This document shows positions 56,501 to 64,000 of a DNA stretch of 64,000 nt, piece by piece (positions within the stretch are counted from its first letter, which is position 1; each line of letters begins with the position of its first letter). The stretch comes from Amoebophrya sp. A120. Taxonomy: Eukaryota > Protista > Dinoflagellata. A program made the translations under genes and the position numbers. The DNA lies in assembly GCA_905178155.1 (NCBI GenBank), contig CAJINV010000010.1, forward strand, positions 885,092 through 949,091, given 5' to 3'. The notes beneath the pieces were generated by a model. It was given only the letters and a program-made list of their open reading frames with translations. It was not told the DNA's origin and ran no database searches.

Positions 56501-59363
56501 GCCACCGGCTCGCCGGCCGCGAAACAGTTTCTGTACCCCGGCGTGGTGCAGCAGAGTAATTCGAACTCCGGAGCTGCTGGGGTAGCTGCAACGACTAATT
56601 TCACGGCTTTCACGACCAAGGAGCAGCGTCGCGGCTTCCAGGAGGGCCCAGTTCTCGGGTCCAATTTCTCCCTCAGTCCCTACCACAACAAAAACAAAAA
56701 AAGCAGCCGGATTCGCGGCAACAAGTACGAGTTGCGGGCCCGCGTCAGCTCGGGCGGGGGCTACAACTCCGCAAACATGTTGAATGCAGGAAGTGGTCTA
56801 GCGCAGAAGAGTCCGAGCGGGTCGCAGATTAGCAAGCAGTCGCTGCTGGCAGAAATGATGGAGAAGTCCGAAACCAACCCGCGGTCCGCTACGCGCGTCA
56901 TGGAATTGAATACAGCGCTTGGTGAGCAGCTCCACCAAGTGGCCATGCGGTTGGAAAATTCTGCCTCCGGTTTGCTCGTGCCCGAGAATTGCAACAGCGG
57001 CTATTTGGACATGAACAGTCGGGAGTTGAACAACACTTCTTCGCACCAACATGGCGAAGATCAGTTGCAGCTGCCGCGGGTGGACTCGTATCGAATGCAA
57101 AATTGTCTGGGTCTGAAAGGATGCGCATGCGAACTTGTGATGCATACTTAGATCACACAAAAATCTGTCATGCCTGGACAGCAAGAGGAGCTCTTTTTCC
57201 TGTCGCCGAAAGAAGGTGTTTGTCATGCGGTTGCGGATTAGGCATTGGGATTGGGAAACCGTCTCATAACCTGTGATGCGAGGTCTTGCATGCCACACCT
57301 TCTGTGTCAAGCAGATACAGCATCACAAACCTCAGCAATGTTCCAGACTCAGACATATTTGCAGTTGATAACTCGCCCAAAATCCACCACATCAAACCTT
57401 CCACCTCCAACACAAGTCCCCGAGCCGCAGATCATAAACCGCACTACGGCAGCGGGGGCGTAACTTCAACCCGGGCCTACACCGCAAGTAGTCTGCATGG
57501 TAACAGTCCTAAACACCCCACGAATTCATCCAGCAACCGGCTACCGCCGAAACCCACGCCAAACCAAGGAGTGATTCCAACCTGGAAAATTTTAAAAAAA
57601 TCGTCCAAATCCCCGACGGATGTTGACGCAGTGAACGGCAGTCCCACGACGAATCACCCCTACCACGGCGAGATGAAGTACAAATCGCAATATGTTGGAG
57701 CAGGAGCAGCAACGGGCAGCACGTCTCACTTGCCATTGCAAGGCCGGTCCCCGCAGGCGTTGCTCACTCTGCTGCAGCAAGCTGGCGGGAAGGGCGGTGA
57801 TGCTGAGGAAGAGGAACAATTGTACAGCTTGGACGACGTGGCTGATGGCGCAGCAGAGAAGAACAAATCTTGGACGCCCATCGTGGACTACGGAGGTGGG
57901 AGCAAAAATATGGAGCCGGGCGCTGCTAGTGCTATCGCTGGGAATATCAATTCTCGCAGTAGTCCGGACCACGGGGCTAACAAGGGGTCGCCGTCCACCT
58001 CTCCTTACATGTCGCCGCAGCACTCCACCAGCTCCAAGCACCAACTTATCACAAGGAAAAATCCCCCCTCCCCATATCGAAAGGAAGTTTCTGATGCTGG
58101 ATTTGCGTATACGAATCAGGTTTGTCTCGCAGTAGAGGACTGTAGGCTCCTGCCAAGCCTGAGTAGAGAGCTTTTGCCTAGGCGCTTAGCATGAGAAACG
58201 ACTATGCTGTAAGAGCAACAGCATCACAAACCGCCTGCATAATGCGGCAGAGCCTGGGGTGTTGTCTTCTTGCAAGACAGACGTGATGTGTGGTCTCAAA
58301 TCAGCAAGACAAATTTTCGGAAACATACCGTTTCGATATGGGGAGGGGGGACTTTTCCTCTCAATACAACTGCACAAGCAGCGACCCCGAGAGCGGCTTG
58401 GGTACAAGGAGCTGCAGGAACAGGTAGAAAATTCCACGTCCGGGTCGCCGAAAAACCTTTCCAGCGGCAAGAATATCAAATGCAAAAGTGTCTGGGTCTG
58501 GAAGATTCTGAGACTTGTCATGCACGGTTTGCATGAGCCATGATGTCTGTGATGCGTGCCCTAGCATCACAATCTCTTCCAGGGATCCTTGATGCCTATT
58601 CCGCATGACAAATGCCCTCTCCGCCTAGCAACAATTAGACTCCTTTTGCTGCTCATGCAACACAAATTTTTTAGACATCCAAATGCAGCATCACAGGTGG
58701 TTGCATTCTTCCAGACCCAGACATTTTTGCATTTGATAAAGAAGAAAAAGCTGCAACTTGACAGTTTGGATCGCGACATTTTGAACCTGGCCGCGGACTC
58801 CACTCCGCGAACGTTTCGTATTGCAGAGAAAAAAGTTAGCATAACACATTTGTATTGCAAAAACAAGTACATGGAAATTTTTGTCTTGCATACTAGCCAA
58901 AACAGGACGAGGACTCCTGCGCATGAGAACTTGTTTTCCTAGTTGCCTTTAGCATTACAAATGTCTTGTCCTCTCAGCTTTTTTCTGTGTTATGATTCGC
59001 GACAAGATTCTGCGTCGAACGGCCGCCCACCGTGTCGAGCGTGGTGCGGGGAACAGATACCTGGCCACAAGTCCGGGCGGGGGTGTGGAGCATACGGGGA
59101 GCCACAGCCACGGGGTTAATGCGGTCGAACAGCAAGTGCACTATTTGCCGCTCCGTGAAGAGATCAACTACGGGCAGCCCACCACGCACTTGGGTCAAGA
59201 CGATCCGGTCCAGGAGCAGCTGTACGCAAGAATCAAAAGTTCCAACAACCTGACGACCGGTGGTGGCGGTACTTCTTCCATGACCAATAGCAAACCTCGG
59301 AGCTACGGGGGTAAACCGAATTTGTCGGAGTTAATTCAAGAGCCGTTGTCAAGAAAATTTTGA
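41558..59363 (+). CDS. Tubulin-tyrosine-ligase-like protein (TTLL3/8 glycylase-like); about 33 TIR introns and 3 GT-AG introns
   Basis: Spliced motifs WGWVEN, QTVNHF..FDSKAG, FYPPSYDL, IFKSPHLSRGRG, IVQKYLEKPFLV..KCDLRLW, HLTNRTIQ, FELYGVDF..PWLLEANVSPDL. GT-AG introns 42762-42908, 51842-52003, 52491-52630. Not every junction in the low-complexity regions was frame-checked. Confidence 0.85.
41623..41928. mobile_element. TIR intron, family B
   Basis: TIRs; flanks AACAG/AAAGG. Confidence 0.8.
41975..42284. mobile_element. TIR intron, family C
   Basis: TIRs; flanks GGAAG/GGGAG. Confidence 0.85.
42435..42701. mobile_element. TIR intron, family A
   Basis: TIRs; direct repeat CGGCA. Confidence 0.85.
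42945..43883. mobile_element. Long composite TIR intron
   Basis: TATCCCACAGAAAAAAGCTGGC / GCCAGCTTTTTCCTGTGGGACA; flanks CCGGG/CCGGC; frame restored. Confidence 0.8.
42990..43745. repeat. Foldback-like insert with GAGAGGTGGC short repeats inside a TIR intron (edges approximate)
   Basis: AGAGGTCTACAGAGG (43001-43015) inverted at 43292-43306; many GAGAGGT / ACCTCTC units; terminal hairpin GCCCCGGC-ATCA-GCCGGGGC. Confidence 0.55.
44032..44541. mobile_element. TIR intron, family C (about 200 bp longer than usual)
   Basis: TIRs; flanks GAGTT/TAGTT. Confidence 0.85.
44591..44864. mobile_element. TIR intron, family A
   Basis: TIRs; flanks GGAGC/GGAGG. Confidence 0.85.
44908..45057. mobile_element. 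TIR intron, family F
   Basis: TIRs; flanks TATCG/TGTCG. Confidence 0.85.
45076..45427. mobile_element. TIR intron, family C
   Basis: TIRs; flanks CACGC/CGCGA. Confidence 0.8.
46009..46299. mobile_element. TIR intron, family B
   Basis: TIRs; direct repeat AGTGC. Confidence 0.8.
46470..46691. mobile_element. TIR intron, family I
   Basis: TATGACAATGCACAGCTCC / GGAGTTGTGCACTGTCATA; flanks CCACT/CCACC. Confidence 0.85.
46724..46876. mobile_element. TIR intron, family F
   Basis: TIRs; direct repeat GCTGG. Confidence 0.85.
47017..47313. mobile_element. TIR intron, family B
   Basis: TIRs; direct repeat CCAGC. Confidence 0.85.
47529..47737. mobile_element. TIR intron, unassigned family
   Basis: TATGCAATACAAATTTC / GAAATTTGCTGTGGATA; flanks CTCGC/GTCGC. 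Confidence 0.7.
47889..48149. mobile_element. TIR intron, family A
   Basis: TIRs; direct repeat TGCAA. Confidence 0.85.
48331..48587. mobile_element. TIR intron, family A
   Basis: TIRs; direct repeat CACAA. Confidence 0.85.
48929..49189. mobile_element. TIR intron, family A
   Basis: TIRs; direct repeat TCCGG; inverted relative of 5930 and 9542. Confidence 0.85.
49324..49593. mobile_element. TIR intron, family A
   Basis: TIRs; direct repeat GCAAG. Confidence 0.85.
49666..49930. mobile_element. TIR intron, family A
   Basis: TIRs; flanks ACAAA/CCAAA; inverted copy of 10621. Confidence 0.85.
50322..50575. mobile_element. TIR intron, family H (TATCGCAAGAAAAAACTGT)
   Basis: TIRs; direct repeat GAGCA. 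Confidence 0.85.
50635..50890. mobile_element. TIR intron, family A
   Basis: TIRs; direct repeat GACGA; inverted copy of 17269. Confidence 0.85.
51172..51493. mobile_element. TIR intron, family C
   Basis: TIRs; direct repeat GAAAT. Confidence 0.85.
52242..52454. mobile_element. TIR intron, family H
   Basis: TIRs; direct repeat TTGCA. Confidence 0.85.
53320..53534. mobile_element. TIR intron, unassigned family
   Basis: AAAAAAGTTCATC / GATAAACTTTTTT; direct repeat AAAAT. Confidence 0.75.
53634..53803. mobile_element. TIR intron, family F
   Basis: TIRs; direct repeat CCGAA. Confidence 0.85.
54280..54542. mobile_element. TIR intron, family A
   Basis: TIRs; direct repeat GCCTC; close copy of 4759. 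Confidence 0.85.
54955..55213. mobile_element. TIR intron, family A
   Basis: TIRs; flanks GCCGA/ACCGA; close copy of 10621. Confidence 0.85.
55260..55451. mobile_element. TIR intron, family F-like (decayed)
   Basis: Imperfect TIRs; flanks ACAAT/ACAAG. Confidence 0.65.
55662..55940. mobile_element. TIR intron, family B
   Basis: TIRs; flanks GTCTC/GTCGC. Confidence 0.85.
56005..56315. mobile_element. TIR intron, family G
   Basis: TIRs; direct repeat CCTCG. Confidence 0.85.
57089..57370. mobile_element. TIR intron, family A
   Basis: TIRs; direct repeat ACTCG. Confidence 0.85.
58047..58366. mobile_element. TIR intron, family C
   Basis: TIRs; direct repeat CAACT. Confidence 0.85.
58474..58738. 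mobile_element. TIR intron, family A
   Basis: TIRs; direct repeat AAGAA. Confidence 0.85.
58819..58994. mobile_element. TIR intron, unassigned family
   Basis: CAGAGAAAAAAGTT / AGCTTTTTTCTGTG; flanks TTTCG/ATTCG. Confidence 0.7.
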
Positions 59364-61286
59364 AGAGACATAGTAGTTGCAGACCACCGCGACAAAAATT
59401 CACTACGTACTAGTTTTCTGATGTACATCAATTCAGGATCTGGCGGAACTCTTGTAGTCAAAGTCATGCTACTTGTCTGCGTGATTTCATGGCGCACTTC
59501 TGGTTTCAGATTTTTACTACAGGTGAAGCATCCGATTTCATGCGTGTCGTCAAAATCGTCATCTAGATATGGAAATCAGTTTTTTGAAATAACATCAAGA
59601 CCAACCATGTAGTCGGCAGTCAGGACAGACTGCGACAAGAAATCTCAATGCTTTTTAGTTATTCTACTACCATTAAATCGAGCGAAGAGTGGTCCTCGTT
59701 AAGAGAACGGGCCACGGCGGGCGCGCGCCCGCTCATGTGACCTTTTTGTTTTTACCTATCACCTTAATTTACGTTATTACATGATCAGAAATTATACTCA
59801 ATGTCACCGGTATTTGTATGATTTTCGTTTTTCCTTTTCTTTTTCATCCTTGGATCAGTATTTTCGTCAGAGAACTACAATCTAGATGCAATTTTAGGTA
59901 GAATACTCCATATTCATGTACATTACTAGACCATTGCTGTTATTTCACATTGATTTATAATTCGAGTTTATGCGAAAATAAATTTGGAAGTTCTACTGGA
60001 GAATTTGGTACGAAGAATCAAACGAGATTTAGGTTATTTTAGAGTTCACGATCACGACCTACACCTACTTGGGTCGGCGTCGGCAGTACAGGTTGGTAGT
60101 TCTCTCTGTTTCAGTTTTTAGCATAGTTGGTCTTTCCTCTTTCTGATTCTGGTTCAACTTCAAAGTGATTTCGTCTGTATAATTTGACATTTACAGCCTT
60201 TTCTGAGGAGGCGATCGAAACGAAACAAGAAGCACGCAGCACGATGATAATTTTTGACGAGTTTCCTCTTCAAGCCCATGGTAGGTTTTCATTCAGCATT
60301 TCGTCCACCCTTCGTGAAATAGCTTTTGCGATGAAAATGTTGTCCACTTCTTCCCACGAGGTACTCAAGTCAGTCCTGGCTGCGAGGGACGAAATTCTAC
60401 CTACGTAAAGTACCAACGAGAGAACTGATCTTGTCTACGTGACAATCAGTTTCTCCTCCTTTCCCTTGCCAGTTTTGATGTTGTCCTGCGGATCATTGAT
60501 ATTTATTCTGTTTCTCCGTTGTACATAGCATCTTGAGCAGTAGTTTCAACATTCATGATTTTTACCTGTCGTGACAACAACTGCTGGTGTGCGACACTTG
60601 GAAGCTGAAGGTACATGTGTTTTCGTGAGTCGTAGAGAAACATTTTCTCCTCTCGTAGATGCTTTGTTCCAGGGCTGTTCGAAGATGTGTCCGGTAGAAA
60701 AGAACCTCGCGACTTTGTTGATCTTGAGGTGGAAATAAAGAGTGCAACAGCTCCACCCCAGGACCAAAAATGATCTAAATGATAATGATCTTGTTCTCTC
60801 CTCGTCGTCCCGTGCAAGACAAAGACTACTGAAAGGAGATCACTGCAGTTCTTGAGAACTAATCGAGACAAGTGAAAGAAGTTCCATAGAAGTGCTCCTC
60901 GAGACCACCGACAGCAGATCCGAAATCTTCAATGCGTTCACTCAAGAGAATCTTCCGCAAAGGGAATTCTTTTTGTTCCCTGTAGGTACGAAAAAAAGAT
61001 CACAAAGGGATCATGACGTACAGATCTGCTCTCTTCTTCATGACGTACCTCGTTGTTCTGGTGCTCTCTTCATCAATGACAGTAGTGCATTAATTATAAT
61101 TTCTGACCACAGAGACGACGACCGAGGGGTAGAAATGATTTTTCGCTTAGGAGATGACGAACCACTGCTGCATATTAGGTTCGAAGTAAATTTGATGAAC
61201 TTTGCATAATTCCAGTACCGTACACTACAACAAGAGCTTCCCCTTGAAAACAGAAATTCCCTTGAACGTACAGAATCTACTCCACC

Positions 61287-64000
61287 ATGGACATTTTTTC
61301 GAAATTTGCCACGAAAAAGCGGCCGTCGCCATCGGCGGCTGTTGCTCCTGCCTTGGAGAAAGTAGAACCAGTCACGCAAGGAGAAAGCACTTCTTCTATT
61401 GGTGATGCGCAAGACCTTCAGAAGAAGGGAAAGGACAAATCCCTATCATGCGAAGGAGCTCCGAGAGAAGGAGAACCAGAAGCAGACCCTGCACCTCCAG
61501 AAGACGGCGCTTTGCAGACAATACCAGCAGCGGTAGTTCCTTCATCTGAGCCCCCTGCGAAAAAGAGGAAGAAGAAAAAATCATCAAAGCTTAGTGCGAA
61601 CAAAACCTCCGCCTGCCCCTCCTCGGAGAGCAAAAATGAACAAGCTGCCGGGGACCACGGAGTAGACCAGCCGAAAGATGATGAATCAACAGCTGGTGTT
61701 GACCACCGCGAGGCAACTATATTACAGCCAGAGGCACAAAGACAAACCCCACATCAACCCCCGGCACAGCAGCAGCAGCCGTACACCTCCGCGACCCACA
61801 TCATGCCGAAGATGCCCTCGCTTTCTGCCACGGTGGAGTGGGAGCAGTTTGATATCGAGGCCAAGTCCAGCGCCGTGAACTGTGTCCACGAGATGGTGAA
61901 GCCGAAGGGGTACGAGTCCCCGGCCCTGACAAAGGATTTCAAGCCCGCCAAGCAGTACCCCTACACGTTGGACACCTTCCAGCGTCGCGCCATCGACTGT
62001 CTGGAGAAGCGGGAGACGGTTCTCGTCTCTGCCCACACTTCCGCGGGGAAAACCACCGTGGCAGAGTACGCGATTGCCATGGCGTGCCGGGATAACCAGC
62101 GGATCATCTACACGAGTCCAATCAAGGCGCTGTCGAACCAAAAATACCGGGACTTGTGCGACGAATTTGAGGACGTGGGGCTGATGACGGGCGACGTGAC
62201 GATCAAGCCAAATGCGAGCATTATGATCATGACCACCGAGATTCTTCGGTCCATGCTCTACCGCGGGTCCGAACTCTGCCGCGAAATGGCCTGGGTGGTG
62301 TTTGACGAGGTACTTTTTCTAGTTTTGTCGGGTTTTGTTTGAAGTTGTATATGTATTTCTGGATCAACATTTTTCGTGAAGCAGATGTAAGAAAATTTCT
62401 CCTCTGTGCATACTTACGCATGTAGCGAGTCTGTCACAACCCTATCCTCTGCCGTAGTTTCATCATCTTCCGCGTATACTTTGACTGACAGCACTGTCAA
62501 CAACTGCCATTTCTTTGCAAGAATCTGCAAATAGAACCTCCACAAACGGGAAAATAGATTTAAAAAAAACTGCTTCCTCCGTTACTGCACTTACATATAT
62601 ACGGGATTGATAAAATCTACCAGGTCCACTACATGAAAGACCGGGAGCGAGGCGTCGTGTGGGAAGAGACTATGATCCTCCTCCCCGACACTATTCGCAT
62701 GGTTTTTCTCTCCGCGACCATTCCAAACGCGAACGAGTTTGCCGAATGGATTTGCCGGATCAAGCATCAGCCGTGTCACTTGATTTACACCGACTACCGA
62801 CCGGTGCCGTTGCAGCATTATCTGTTCCCGTCTGGGTCCGACCAGGTGTATTTGGTTTTGGACGAATTGGGAAATTTCCGGGAGGAAAACTACCAGAAGG
62901 CTATTTTGACCATGCAATCGGTATCAAATGCAAATATGTCATCTGGGTCTGGAAGTACGTTGGAAGACTTGTCATGCCGGTTTTATTCCAGGTCGCGTGA
63001 GGTCTGTCATACATGACCCAGCATGACAGATTCTCCCCGACCTCTATCATGCCTCGTCTGGATGAGAAACTTCCTCTCAGCTTGTGTCCAAATTGGGCAG
63101 CTTTTGGGAATCATGCAACACAGACTTTTGCACTATCCAGTATTGGCATGACAAGTTGCAACATTCTTCCAGACCCAGACCACATATTTGCAATGCATAA
63201 TCCGCCACAGAAAACCAAATCACGGATGACAAGCGGAAGTACGCGAGAAGGAAACAAGATTCCGGGCTCGCGACCGATTTGGAGAAGGTATAATGCGGTG
63301 TACCTGTTAATTTTGTGTTGCTATTCGGCATCAGGATCAGCATGAAATACAGCATGAGAAAAAATGTTTGTCATGCAGCGCTGGATGCATACTAGGGTAT
63401 AAAAATGATACTCCATATCAAATTCACATCAAACTACAGGTGATCGGCATGTGTATGACAAAGAACCACCTTCCCTGTATTGTCTTCAGCTTCGCCATAT
63501 GGATTGCAAAAATGTCTGGGTCTGGAAGATTGCAACTTGTCATGCTAATTCCGAATAATGCAAAAATCTGTGTTGCATGAGTGCCAAAAGCTGTCCACTT
63601 TCGACCAAGTTGGGAGGCAGTTTCTCATGCAGGATAGGCATGATAGAACTCTGACAGAATCTGTGATGCTATGTCCTACATACCAGACCACTCATGGGTG
63701 ATGGAAATCCTGCATGACAAGTCTGGCACTCTTCCAGCCCCAGACATTTTTACATTTGATACGCCAAGAAGCAGGTCGAGAAAAACGCGACGAGTTTGAA
63801 AAACCTGGATCTCACGACCACGCAGGAGAAGCTGCTGATCAAGGAGGTTTATGCATTGCAAAAGTATCGTACTCGTACAGATCGCATGACAAATTTGCTC
63901 AGCATGAGAAATACGAATTTGTCATGCTGTTTTACCCTGAGAGGAAGATCTGTCATGCATAAGTGCGCATAGTGTTAGTACGAGTGCGATGCACTTTTGC
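61287..64000 (+). CDS. MTR4: Ski2-family RNA helicase MTR4 (partial, runs off window)
   Basis: [37 protein letters not shown]|[47 protein letters not shown] introns 62310-62623 and 63288-63439 plus 3 TIR introns. Confidence 0.93.
62922..63199. mobile_element. TIR intron, family A
   Basis: TIRs; flanks ATCGG/ATCCG. Confidence 0.85.
63498..63761. mobile_element. TIR intron, family A
   Basis: TIRs; direct repeat CGCCA; joins VFSFA to KKQVE of MTR4. Confidence 0.88.
63850..64000. mobile_element. TIR intron, family F (cut by window end)
   Basis: TATGCATTGCAAAAGTATCGTACTCGTA start; matching TACGAGTGCGATGCACTTTTGC at window end. Confidence 0.8.

Noticed and set aside
4423-63761. Recurring peptides [23 protein letters not shown] and LVML in dozens of short ORFs as a repeat-protein family
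   Set aside because: They are translations of the TIRs and the internal 8-mer, occur on both strands and in several frames, and vanish from spliced models.
1-64000. An autonomous transposase for the TIR elements
   Set aside because: None seen. The only DDE enzyme is the copia integrase, whose TG...CA ends and 4-bp duplication do not match TAT...ATA ends with 5-bp repeats.

Overview
Eukaryotic, intron-rich DNA. All seven host genes I can support lie on the + strand: a small Cys-rich secreted-type protein, an F-box/ankyrin protein, a hypothetical protein, an organellar ribosomal protein uS12, a signal-peptide protein kinase, a TTLL3/8-like tubulin ligase and a partial MTR4 helicase. The dominant feature is about 70 short elements (mostly 150-350 bp) with terminal inverted repeats (usually TAT-N7-AAA ... 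TTT-N7-ATA) and 5-bp flanking direct repeats. They sit inside coding sequence and lack GT-AG ends. Deleting each element plus 5 nt restores conserved reading frames, so they behave as non-canonical introns. This matches the introner elements published for the parasitic dinoflagellate Amoebophrya (A120-type); the organism is my inference from the sequence. Only five GT-AG introns were found. An intact 11.9-kb Ty1/copia-type LTR retrotransposon sits inside one of these introns. It has a candidate -1 frameshift, a DUF4326-like domain in pol and no recognisable polypurine tract. All coordinates and splice models were read by eye and have no RNA support. Family letters A-I are my own labels based on terminal sequence.
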